Shown one piece after another: positions 51,847-62,204 of a DNA stretch of 64,000 nt (positions within the stretch are counted from its first letter, which is position 1; every line of letters begins with the position of its first letter). Source of the DNA: Candidatus Poribacteria bacterium (GTDB taxonomy: Bacteria > Poribacteria > WGA-4E > WGA-3G); contig CAXXLX010000001.1 of the NCBI GenBank assembly GCA_963665235.2, positions 2,592,001 to 2,656,000 on the forward strand, written 5' to 3'. The notes under the pieces were generated by a model. It had not been told where the DNA came from and did not search any database. It was given only the letters and a program-made list of their open reading frames with translations. The position numbers were made by a program, and so were the translations under genes.

Positions 51847-51960
51847 TACACTTTAGGATAAGTGGACAAAATCGTGATGAGACCCTTCTATCTTAAAACG
51901 GAGATAGAATAGCGGGGTATGAGGGACCTCCCTCTCATCATTATTTCAACGAAAACCCTC
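51847..51960 (+). promoter_or_regulatory. Structured leader, copy 2
   Basis: Near-identical reverse complement of 50238-50350. Confidence 0.7.
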
Positions 51961-52001
51961 AACGATAAGTATAGAAGAAAAATGTGAGGGAACATTTAAA
52001 T

Positions 52002-53168
52002 ATGAGTATAGGCAAAGAACGCGGTGGCATTCTTTTCGGTTTTGTTGCGGCAACATTTCTTTTTCTCCTCACGCTCTTGGTGTTGAGTGGGTGCGATGAG
52101 GGAATGAATATGATGCCGCCACCACCGGTGGTGGAAGAGCCGACGGATCCGGTAGGTCCGACGACCGAGCCGACAACCAACGGCGAGGTCAAGAAGCCGG
52201 ATGACGAGAAACCAACGGAGCCAGAGGAGCCGGCGCCGCAGCCGACAGTAACGATTAGCGCAGCGGTGCAGACAGACGATGGCTCCATTGTTGTTGCTGG
52301 AGAGAGTTCTAACTTGCCGGAAGGGACAACAGTAACGGTAACACTTGGTGAAACCATTACAGCAACCGCAACGACTGATGCCGCGGGTGCATGGACAGTA
52401 ACCGTGCCATCCACGGAAACGAAAAAACTGTCCGCAAGGACGGTGGCGATAACCGCTGCGGCGACAGGTGCGACTACTGGCACTGGCAGTGTGGAGTACA
52501 TGCCGGTACCTCAGCCGATGGTGACGATTAGTTCGGCGACCCAGAATGAAGATGGGTCTGTTACGGTGTCCGGGGTGAGTACTGATTTGTCGGAAGGAAC
52601 GCCTGTTACTGTTACCTTGGGTTCCGGTATCACTGTAACGACGACAGTTGATGCCACGGGTGCGTGGACGGTAACCGTCCCCGTCACAAGAGCGAGGAAA
52701 CTTGGTGCTGGGATTTCTTCTGTTACGGCAAGCGCAGTAAATACCACCGTCAGTACTGGCACGATTGAATATGTGCCGTTGACAATAGAGGAAGAGGTTG
52801 TGCGGGAATATGCGCAATACAACTTTTCTGATGAGGTGGTGCAACGACTGGTTGAACGATTGGTTGAAATGCAGAAGAATTGGGATGAGTACGATGCTGG
52901 CAAAATTACTGCCCAGGAGATATCCAGAAGGGCTGATGTATTGTATGAGAAAGCATACGGTATCTCTGACGCTGAAGCATATGAGCTTTTACAAATTTAC
53001 ATTGAAGAAAATCCGGAAGAAGAGTACTTATTTGGTGGGTGGAATGGAGATGATGTCGGTCTCGCCTACCTTATTATCAAACGAGATCATCCGGATACCA
53101 CCTGGGAAGAGGTTAAGGAACTGTTCCGGCAAGGTTCCAGAGACGGCAGTATCACCATTTCCGGTTAA
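52002..53168 (+). CDS. Lipoprotein with Pro/Glu linker, two Ig-like repeats and an acidic helical C-terminus
   Basis: Lipobox LSGC; repeated PQP.VTIS.A..DGS..V.G..EGT.VTVTLG..GAWTVTVP. Confidence 0.82.
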   Translation: MSIGKERGGILFGFVAATFLFLLTLLVLSGCDEGMNMMPPPPVVEEPTDPVGPTTEPTTNGEVKKPDDEKPTEPEEPAPQPTVTISAAVQTDDGSIVVAGESSNLPEGTTVTVTLGETITATATTDAAGAWTVTVPSTETKKLSARTVAITAAATGATTGTGSVEYMPVPQPMVTISSATQNEDGSVTVSGVSTDLSEGTPVTVTLGSGITVTTTVDATGAWTVTVPVTRARKLGAGISSVTASAVNTTVSTGTIEYVPLTIEEEVVREYAQYNFSDEVVQRLVERLVEMQKNWDEYDAGKITAQEISRRADVLYEKAYGISDAEAYELLQIYIEENPEEEYLFGGWNGDDVGLAYLIIKRDHPDTTWEEVKELFRQGSRDGSITISG

Positions 53169-53176
53169 GATCTTTT

Positions 53177-53208
53177 AAAAACCGACCTACAATAGTAGGT
53201 CGGTTTTT
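53177..53208. terminator. Bidirectional intrinsic terminator
   Basis: AAAAACCGACCTAC-AATA-GTAGGTCGGTTTTT between convergent genes. Confidence 0.88.
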
Positions 53209-53212
53209 CTGT

Positions 53213-55579
53213 TTAAGAGCATTGTCCACTGGAGCAGGTTTGTCCGGATGGACAGTATTTTATTTCATACCTTCTGACTGTGCCACCAGCGTCACAATCT
53301 TCCTTATTACTACTTGAAGAGCAGTACCAAGCTCTACAATTTCTTCTTGCTCTGTCGTTTTTATTTTTAGGACAATACCACCCTTTCCATGTGCAACTTT
53401 GGCAGGACCCAGCACCCTTGCAACCGTTTTGATTGCCGGAAGTGTGGCAGCTAGTGCAGTATTCGTTGGCACCACAATCACTGTGAGAGGTGCAAGGGGT
53501 GCAGCTTCTGTGTACCCATTTTTTATCTCCGTTACAGGTATACCACCCTTGTGTGTGTACAGCATCGGTACCAGTGTGGGTGTGTCCTGGACCTTTTCCG
53601 GCACCTGTATGTTCGTGTGTGTTGTCACAGAATGAGACCCAACTTATTTCTGAATCGTCCGGGATTGGGCAGTTAACGCATCTGTTGCTGCTGGAGCAGA
53701 TTTTTCCGGGGAAGCAGTGGGAATCTTCTGCGCAGACGACACAGGCGGTTCTGTTGGTGTTGCAATATGATTTGCTACTGTCGATGTCTGAACAGAGTTT
53801 TCCTGATTCCACATCCTTTCTACAGGAAATACCAACAGAGTACACTGTGTCAACCTCACAAACTGTTCCAGCAGTACATTTATACGGATCATCAGTAGTT
53901 TCGTTAGTGCTACCGCCCCAAGTACCTTTGCAGGTCCATTTGATGTCTTTGTCATATTCGTGAGCAGGGGCGGTGTAGATATTGTCGTTTGTGCCGGAGG
54001 AGCAGCCGTCAGTGTTGTCGGAGCGGCTGTTGATACCTACCACGACGGTCTTGGTTTGTGGTGAGTCGCCGCTGTAGCCGCATTCGTTTGGTGTGCAGGT
54101 GAATGACACGGTTGCGCCGTCGTAGGTCTTTGTTAGTAGGTAGTTTTTGTGCGGCGTTGTGGTCTTATCTATGTGTGGAGCGGTGTTTTGCCGGAGTATT
54201 GGTGTTGTGCTTGTTACTTTAGTGGGGGTGATTTTATACTTATACCCACAATAACTGTAGCAATACTTCTTATAGGTGTAAGAGTAGTTTTGGTATTCTG
54301 AATAAATTCTGTCATAGGTATACTGCTGTGTATCTGCCGGACATTTTTGCGTATTTGGCACCGATGGACAAGAGTCGTTGTAATTTTCTGCTGTTGAGGT
54401 GTGGTAGAGGGATCCGTGGCTTTTCTGAGAGTGAATGGTGCTTCTCACATCATCACTTGTTGTTTCAGTGAAGTCCGTTGCGGTGCCACTGCTGTCTTTG
54501 TAGTAGTAATGCACCTCCTTTGCCACTGAATAGTCATTACACCAGTCGGTGGCAGTGTCGCTGTATGTGGACATTGCTCCCGCATAACCAAAAACAAGAG
54601 AGGTGCAGGATGTGCAGTTGCCGTTGTAACATACATTACCATAGCCGCATTGTGTGCCATTCACAGATTGAGCGACACCGGAGCAGTATGAACCACCACA
54701 AGAGGGGGTGGGGTTGTTGCATTCGGTGTATTGCGTGATACCGCAGGCGATGGTGGATGCATCAGGAAGGGTACTCCATCCGCCGTCCACGGCGGTGCAA
54801 CAAGTGCTGGTGGATGGGGTGCTTGCCCAAGTGCCATTGCTGTTGCAGCTATAGGTCGCTGAACCGGTTGGTGAACCTGTGCTGTCGTTTACGGTGGTGG
54901 AGCTGCCGGCGTTGGTTGTCGCGCGCTTGCCATAGCAGGTGTTTGAGCCGACGGTCCAGCTGATGTCGGTGGTGTCTGCGGGGCATTGGGGGGAGGTGCA
55001 GGTCGCGCCTGAGTTGAGTGTCCAGCTGCCGGAGGTAGTGCAGGTGTATCTGGCTGTGCCGGTGGTACCGGTGCTGTCTGTGAGAGAGCGGGCTTGTCCT
55101 GGGTAGCCGACAGTGAGGGAGGCGGTGCAGGAACTGGAGTTGACTGTCCATGTGGCGGTCTTGGCGGCACACTTGGTGCCGCAGACACCGGACTGTTTGG
55201 TGAAGGTGCCGTCGTAGCAGCGGTACTGCGCGGTGCCGGTGTGAGGGTCGGTTGAGTCAACAACATTCTTGTATCCTCTATGGTTGGTTGTGGTCAGGGG
55301 TGCGGTGCAAGAGGGAATGCCGTAGGTCCATGTGGCGGTGGTGGCAGCGCATCTTTGTCCGGCGACACATTGACCACCTTTACAGACATCGCTGCTGGAA
55401 CAGGAGAGGGTCTGGGTCTTTTTGATGGTACCGTCGGAGAGGCGGCAGTGTCTGATGCGTCTTCCTTGTTGGTTACAGGTGTAGGTGGTGTCCCAGACAC
55501 AGGTCTCACACTTGTTGAGGTCAGTGCGGCAGTAGTCATCGGCACCGGAGCAGTGGCTGTCTCTGGTGCATTGGACACA
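53213..55579 (-). pseudogene. 5'-truncated Cys/Thr-rich repeat protein (~790 open codons)
   Basis: The frame of ORF 53213..54790 stays open and Cys-rich up to 55579 with no start codon and abuts a REP-like element at 55581; in-frame stop at 55604-55606. Confidence 0.78.
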
Positions 55580-56621
55580 ATTAGCCCAGTATGGGCGATA
55601 TGTTTATAGAAGCCGAGCCCCCCCACACCTTAGTCCCATCGGGACGATATGTTTAGAGAAGCCGAGACCCCCCGCTAGTATATTTCTGGTTGCCACTTGC
55701 TAATAACGATATGTTTAGAGAAGCTAGAGAAAAAACGGGTGCGTTTCTTAAGAGGGGTAATACTTCCCCCAAAACAACACCATATTTTTTGTGAAGGAAA
55801 ATTAAACATTTAGCAACTAACCTAACAGAACCCCGAACCCTTTTTCGGAGGAAAGCGGTGCGTTTTGCCACTCCCCTGCTTATCCCCCGATAGCGAAAGT
55901 GTGACATTTCACTTTTTTCGAAATCGTCCAAGGCAGGTGCAAACTGCTTACAAAGATAGACGTGGCGGGCGTTTAGGCGAATGCAGAACCGAAAACCCAA
56001 TGTTACACTTTGTGTCAAAAGTGTAATATTTACACCGGTTTTGGACAAAAATGTTACACACCCCAGCGCCCAGGGCCATTTAGTTTTAAGAATTATCAAT
56101 TAATGTGTATTACTAACGTTATATTGTAGGTCGGGTTGAACGGCAGTGAAACCCGCCAAATGCCATACGCGCATTTGGCGTTGATTTGGACAAACCCCAA
56201 CGTGTCGGGTATCGCTTCGCTCAACCCGACCTACAGGAGTCTCCTGTCCGATTAACGATAGAGATAAAATTTGGTAGAAATATGGAAAACTAAATAGTCC
56301 TGCCCCAGCGCCTACATTCCGTTGAAATCGAGGCGTATTGTACGGTATCATTAGACATTATGCCGGTTTAATTGTAGTCCTTCTGTTTCGTTAGGAGGTG
56401 CGGTGCGTAGGGGCGGGGAAACCCCGCCCGATTTGAAGTTTGCCGTGTTTACAAGGCGAGGTCCCCTCGCCCCTACAATGTTCGCGGGCATCCTTCTGAT
56501 TAAATCATTATAATGTCTAATTCTTAAAACTAAATGGCCCTGCCATTCTTGAATTTTAGATTGACACCCTCCAAGAAAACATGTTAATATATACCTAAAC
56601 ATGTACATTTGTTGTTTGTCG

Positions 56622-58226
56622 ATGGTAAACATTTTGAATTTTGTGAAACGTTACCAAAATTGGATACTTGCTGTAGGCTCAGCAGGTCTGTTGTTTTGTA
56701 GTTTTCCGAACGTTAATTTCTTTCCATTTGCGTGGTTTGCGCTGGTTCCGTTATTGGTTGCATTGAAACGTGCCTCAAGTTGGAAATCGGCGTTTTGGAG
56801 CGGTTATTTAACAGGCGGGCTCTTTTTCGCGGGACTACTTCTCGCAATTGCACGCCTCTATCCGTACGCTAACATTTTTGTAACCCTCCTCGGCTATCTG
56901 CTTTTGGTTGGATATACAGCACTTTATTTTGCTATTTTTAGCGTGATTGTCTATCGGTTACGGGAGCAGCAATCCGGTATACTCTTTGCGTTAGTCGCTG
57001 CATCTGTCTGGGTTGGCTTAGAATGGGTGCGAAGTTGGCTGCTAACGGGATTTCCGTGGGGCAATATCGGCTACTCACAGTGGAACAATCCGCCTGCAAT
57101 ACAAATTGCTTCGCTTACAGGGGTTTACGGTGTTAGTTTTGTGATAGTTTTTCTCAATGCTGGCATTGCAACGTTAATTTGTAAGGGACGTGAGTGGCGG
57201 AAGGAATGGGTCGCTGTGGCAGTGCCGTTGCTCTTAACAATTATCTGTTTGAGTTACGGATTTATCGCATTAAGGCGGGTTCAACCCGTTTCCGAGAAAC
57301 ATTTGAAGGTTGCCCTTATCCCTGGGAACATTCCGCAAATAGAAAAATGGCAGCAGGCGAGTTTTCCGGGTATATTTAGACGTTACCTGACACTGACGCG
57401 CGCTGCTGCGCTTGAACAGCCAGACGTGATTGTTTGGCCAGAAACGACTGTCCGAGGCGAGATATTGTCGGGCAAATATCCGGAATACCACAAAGCGTTC
57501 AAAAAGATGCTGCAGGACATCAATTTACCGATGCTGCTCGGGGCAACCGATCCGGATGCGTTCGGGGATATCTATAACCGCGTTTTGTCGGTGTCCCCGC
57601 AGGGTGAAATTTTAGACAAGTATGCGAAAATGCATCTGGTGCCGTTTGGCGAATACGTGCCTTTGGCAAGTTTTCTCCCCAGCTTTGTGCAATTTAAACC
57701 GTTTGAACATGGAAAAACAGTAAACCTTTTACCTATTGCTAACGTTGAAACTGTAGAATCAGGTATTGAGAAAATAGAGGTTGGAACTTCAATCTGCTTT
57801 GAGTCCGCTTTTCCGAATCATTTTCGGCAGTTTGTGAAAAAAGGCGCGGCGGCGATGGGTATCCTGACGAACGATGCATGGTTTGAAGGCTCCGCCTTTC
57901 CAGAATTGCATTTAGCCATGGCACCGCTTCGGGCGGTAGAAAATCGGATCACTGTGTTTCGATGTGCAAATGGCGGATTTTCATGTGTGATTGATAGAGG
58001 CGGACGAATTGCAACAGCAGCGGTTACACCTGATACCGAAACGGAATTTCTCATTGCACGGGTACCATTATCGGATGGAAACCGCACGCTTTACACCCGA
58101 TACGGAGATTGGTTCTCAATACTTTGCACGCTGCTCAGCATCGCATGGATAGGCGGCGGAATTGTAGGACAACGTACCGGTAACGTTTTTCGTGTACGTC
58201 CTGAAACTGAAACTGAGGAGGAATAG
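56622..58226 (+). CDS. lnt: Apolipoprotein N-acyltransferase
   Basis: GFPWG.IGYSQ, VWPET, K.HLVPFGEYVP, ICFES, TNDAWF. Confidence 0.95.
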   Translation: MVNILNFVKRYQNWILAVGSAGLLFCSFPNVNFFPFAWFALVPLLVALKRASSWKSAFWSGYLTGGLFFAGLLLAIARLYPYANIFVTLLGYLLLVGYTALYFAIFSVIVYRLREQQSGILFALVAASVWVGLEWVRSWLLTGFPWGNIGYSQWNNPPAIQIASLTGVYGVSFVIVFLNAGIATLICKGREWRKEWVAVAVPLLLTIICLSYGFIALRRVQPVSEKHLKVALIPGNIPQIEKWQQASFPGIFRRYLTLTRAAALEQPDVIVWPETTVRGEILSGKYPEYHKAFKKMLQDINLPMLLGATDPDAFGDIYNRVLSVSPQGEILDKYAKMHLVPFGEYVPLASFLPSFVQFKPFEHGKTVNLLPIANVETVESGIEKIEVGTSICFESAFPNHFRQFVKKGAAAMGILTNDAWFEGSAFPELHLAMAPLRAVENRITVFRCANGGFSCVIDRGGRIATAAVTPDTETEFLIARVPLSDGNRTLYTRYGDWFSILCTLLSIAWIGGGIVGQRTGNVFRVRPETETEEE

Positions 58227-59331
58227 ATGTTAGTTGATTTAAAAACACAAGTTGATGATATGGTTACACGGCTCCTTGAACTCTGGGGGTATCTTTGACC
58301 TTACCGATAAACAGAAGGAGTTGGCTGGACTTGAAAAGGAGATAGCCGCCCCCGATTTTTGGCAAAATCCGCAGCAGGTTCAAAAGGTCAATCAGCGAAT
58401 CGCTGCACTCAAAAATGAAGTTGAGGATTATGGGAGCTTGCAAGCGGATATTGAGGACCTACAGGTCCTCGTCGAACTTGCTATTGAAGAAGATGAAACC
58501 GGGCTGCAAACGGAAATAGAAAACGGATTGGAAACGATTAAGACCCGATTCGATAAAATAGAACTCCGATTAATGCTCAACGGGGAGTTCGATGCGAACA
58601 ATGCAATTCTTAGCATACACCCCGGAGCAGGCGGTGTTGATGCCCAAGATTGGGCTGGCATGTTAATGCGGATGTACCTCCGCTGGTGCGACCAGCGCGA
58701 GTATACAACTGAAATCATTGACTTAACCCCCGGCGACGAAGCTGGCATTAAAGGGGCAACGATTTTGGTGAAAGGCACATCAGCCTACGGTTATCTGAAA
58801 GCGGAATCAGGGGTACATCGACTCATTCGGTTATCGCCGTACGATTATAACAAGCGGCGGCATACGGCCTTCGCTGCGGTGAGTGCTATGCCTGAAATAG
58901 ATGAGACTGTCAATGTCGATATTCATACTGAAGATTTACGAATAGAATGTTACCGCGCAAGCGGTGCAGGCGGACAACACGTTAATGTCACGGACTCGGC
59001 TGTCCGTATTATGCACAAACCGACAGGGATTATGGCGCAGTGTCAAAATGAACGCTCCCAGCACAGAAACCGGGAAATCGCTATGAAGATATTGCGCTCC
59101 CGATTGTATAACCATTATCAGGCACAACGCGACGAAGAACTCGCGAAACTACAGCCTGAAAGACGAAATATCGACTTCGGAAACCAAATCCGCTCCTATG
59201 TACTGCACCCGTACCAACGTGTTAAGGATACACGGACGAACGTTGAGACCGGCAATGTCAATGCGGTCCTGGATGGTGCTATAGATATGTTCATTGAAAG
59301 TTATTTGAAAATGAAACCTGCGGAGAAGTGA
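58227..59331 (+). CDS. prfB: Peptide chain release factor 2 with programmed +1 frameshift
   Basis: ATG at 58227, 23 codons, then GGGGG-TAT-CTT-TGA-C at 58285-58299; GGQ and SPY motifs. Confidence 0.96.
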
Positions 59332-59434
59332 TAGTAACACCCAAGTTGCTACTTATAAGTTTTTAGACCTGGAAACACCGTCTTTAATGAAAATATGCTG
59401 ATAATTAGCTAATATTTGTCCCGTTCACTTCCAA

Positions 59435-60094
59435 TTTGCACACAAATATGCACAATCTGGAAGATTATGCTACTATGTGGCAACTTAGGTTAGTAACGCG
59501 AGCTTGATAGTGAATGTCCGTTTGTTCCAACCCGTATGTTGAAACAAGCGTTGTGATTGTGTGTAGTAGGGAAACCATTCATTGCCCGTCGGTCGAACTA
59601 TTTGTTTAAGCTTCATTATGCGTAAACTCTGAGGATGGTGAAATATGCAACATTTTTGCACACAAATATGCACAATCTGGAAGATTATGCTACTATGTGG
59701 CAACTTAGGTTAGTAACGCGAGCTTGATAGTGAATGTCCGTTTGTTCCAACCCGTATGTTGAAACAAGCGTTGTGATTGTGTGTAGTAGGGAAACCATTC
59801 ATTGCCCGTCGGTCGAACTATTTGTTTAAGCTTCATTATGCGTAAACTCTGAGGATGGTGAAATATGCAACATTTTTGCACACAAATATGCACAATCTGG
59901 AAGATTATGCTACTATGTGGCAACTTAGGTTAGTAACGCGAGCTTGATAGTGAATGTCCGTTTGTTCCAACCCGTATGTTGAAACAAGCGTTGTGATTGT
60001 GTGTAGTAGGGAAACCATTCATTGCCCGTCGGTCGAACTATTTGTTTAAGCTTCATTATGCGTAAACTCTGAGGATGGTGAAATATGCAACATT
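59435..60094 (+). repeat. Three apparently exact tandem copies of a 220-bp upstream region including RBS and first codons
   Basis: 220-bp periodicity, identical ORF-track peptides; each unit ends GAGGATGGTGAAATATGCAACATT. Confidence 0.92.
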
Positions 60095-61479
60095 ATAAAT
60101 TACAGGTGTATCTGACGTTGATTCTGGGGCTACTTTTTCTGAACACGTTAGTATTTGCCAAAACGATTCATGTCCCCGCAGCGCAGCCTACAATCCAAGC
60201 CGGTATTGACGCTGCAAAAGATGGCGACACGGTCTTAGTGGCAGATGGAATCTATAAAGGTGACGGAAATGTCAACATCGATTTTAGCGGAAAGCGGATT
60301 ACCGTTAAATCGCGCAATGGGGCAGAAGCAACACTCATCGACTGTGAGGAAAACCCAGATACCCGAGGCTTCATCTTTCAAAACCAAGAATCGAATGATT
60401 CGGTGTTGGATGGATTTACGATAAAAAATGGTATCCATACACTCGGAGCTGGAATTTACTGCAATGGGGCTTCACCGACAATTAAAAATTGTGTCGTTAC
60501 GAAAAACCGAGCCGGGAATCCAGCGAACTTCACAGGGAAAGGTGGCGGAATTTATTGCAAAAATTCTAGCGCGTTGATAGAAGAATGCACAATTACGCAC
60601 AACTTTGTAGGTTCAAAGTTCGGCGGTGGGGTTCATTTAACAGGAGAATGGAGTGGAGAACTCCCCACCCGAGCTAAACCGCGCCTAATCAATTGCACGA
60701 TTTCAGAAAATACGGGCAGCGGTATTTATAGTGAGGGACGGACCACTACCGTTATAAAAGGTTGCACGATTTCTAAAAACACGAGCCGAGGGGTAGTGTG
60801 TACCGGCAATTATTCGTGGGATAGTAATCTTATTATCAATTCCCGTATTGAGCAAAATGCAGATGGCGGTATTGAGGTCTCTCAAGAAACAGCTATAGAT
60901 ATTACTGAGTCTATTATCAGGCAAAATACAGCCGACTCAGGGGGCGGAATTTCCTGTAGTCGAACATCAACGCTTAACGTTTCTGAGTGTATCATCGCGG
61001 AAAATACAGCGACCAAATGGGGCGGCGGATTAGATATTGAATCTTGGTCAGGGAAAGCAACTATTACACATTCTACAATAACACGGAATACGGCTGGTAA
61101 GTGGGGCGGTGGAATCTTTTTCAGTTCTACGCCAGCATCTAATATCCACCTTACGTTGACCAATTCAATCGTTTGGGGAAATACATCCGAGGGCAGCTTC
61201 GATGAGGCTGCATTAGGCGGTAATAAGATAGTTATCAGAACTTGCGATATCGGAGGGGGACTTGAAGGCCTCAAGCGGGAGGCACATCCGGATGAGTTAA
61301 TTTATGAAGACAACATTGATGAAGACCCACGCTTCGTTAATGCGGACAGCGGCGACTATAGACTGAAACCTGGAAGTCCTGCTGCTGCAATGGGCCCACA
61401 ATCGTCACTTGGGGGTTTACTCAGTGTCGCTGCGGTTGGAAAACGTCTTGTAAAGTGGGCAGAACTGAAACGCAGATAG
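60085..61479 (+). CDS. Secreted right-handed beta-helix (pectin-lyase-like) protein
   Basis: Signal peptide; TIQAGIDAA.DGDTVLVADGIY; GGGI repeats; DPRFV..DYRL..SP. Confidence 0.88.
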   Translation: MQHYKLQVYLTLILGLLFLNTLVFAKTIHVPAAQPTIQAGIDAAKDGDTVLVADGIYKGDGNVNIDFSGKRITVKSRNGAEATLIDCEENPDTRGFIFQNQESNDSVLDGFTIKNGIHTLGAGIYCNGASPTIKNCVVTKNRAGNPANFTGKGGGIYCKNSSALIEECTITHNFVGSKFGGGVHLTGEWSGELPTRAKPRLINCTISENTGSGIYSEGRTTTVIKGCTISKNTSRGVVCTGNYSWDSNLIINSRIEQNADGGIEVSQETAIDITESIIRQNTADSGGGISCSRTSTLNVSECIIAENTATKWGGGLDIESWSGKATITHSTITRNTAGKWGGGIFFSSTPASNIHLTLTNSIVWGNTSEGSFDEAALGGNKIVIRTCDIGGGLEGLKREAHPDELIYEDNIDEDPRFVNADSGDYRLKPGSPAAAMGPQSSLGGLLSVAAVGKRLVKWAELKRR

Positions 61480-61514
61480 CTCTGATACAGAAACTTTACA
61501 CACTCCTACGAACA

Positions 61515-62133
61515 GGGTGTGTAAAGTTTTTGTACAAGTTGTTCAGTATTAGTGGTTTAATCGCTAAACATAGCCAATGGTTTCCAACGCGCCAATACTA
61601 TTTTTTATGAAGAAAAATCAAACAGTTCGCAACTAATACCATTTCTAATTGAAAATGTCTCTTTATCGTAGCATAAACTTCCAGTTTGTGCGTGTATTTT
61701 GTAGCATAAACTTCCAGTTTGTGTCTTCCGTTCTCCGTTTCATTTCTAACAACCGGTAATGATAGAATCATTAATAAAAATGGTATAATATAACAGCACC
61801 CCAAAACATTTTTGGGAGGCAAGCGGTGCGTTTTGCAACTCACCGGATTGGACACCGATAGCGTTTGTGTCGAAAGTGTAACTTATGCACTGGAGCCGCA
61901 CAAAAAAATATGAGGCAGAATGGTCCGAAAAGTAGGCGGAACTGATACCCGAAAACCGGCGGTTGAAATGACACATTTTGTTTTTTTTGTGTTGCGAAAA
62001 AGATAGGGGTAAATCGCTTGAAAACATAGACGTGGTATGAGTTTGTGCGACTGCAGCACTGAGAAGTAAATGTTACACTTTGTGTCAAAAGTGTAACTTA
62101 TGCACCGGTTTTGTACAAAAACTTTACACACCC
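61515..62133. mobile_element. Non-autonomous element with TIR GGGTGTGTAAAGTTTTTGTACAA, 9-bp duplication and a nested MITE at 61637-61785
   Basis: CTACGAACA on both sides; the nested TACCATTT-MITE has a TAA duplication; related sequence at ~55780-56063. Confidence 0.82.
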
Positions 62134-62204
62134 CTACGAACATAACGGTTTGCATATAATCGGATATAAGGGTATAATTAAAAGTGGAGAAAGGAGAAGA
62201 ACGC

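Noticed and set aside
51867-51955. Hammerhead-like TGATGAG..GAAA in the leader
   Set aside because: Core reads GTGATGA rather than CTGATGA, and that segment pairs with TCATCA.
54849-55626. Pro/Ala-rich and His/Arg-rich ORFs on the - strand
   Set aside because: Alternative frames of the Cys-rich coding sequence.
58252-58299. Apparent broken prfB start
   Set aside because: Standard programmed +1 frameshift; not novel.
59485-59923. Two identical 72-aa ORFs
   Set aside because: By-products of the 220-bp tandem repeat.
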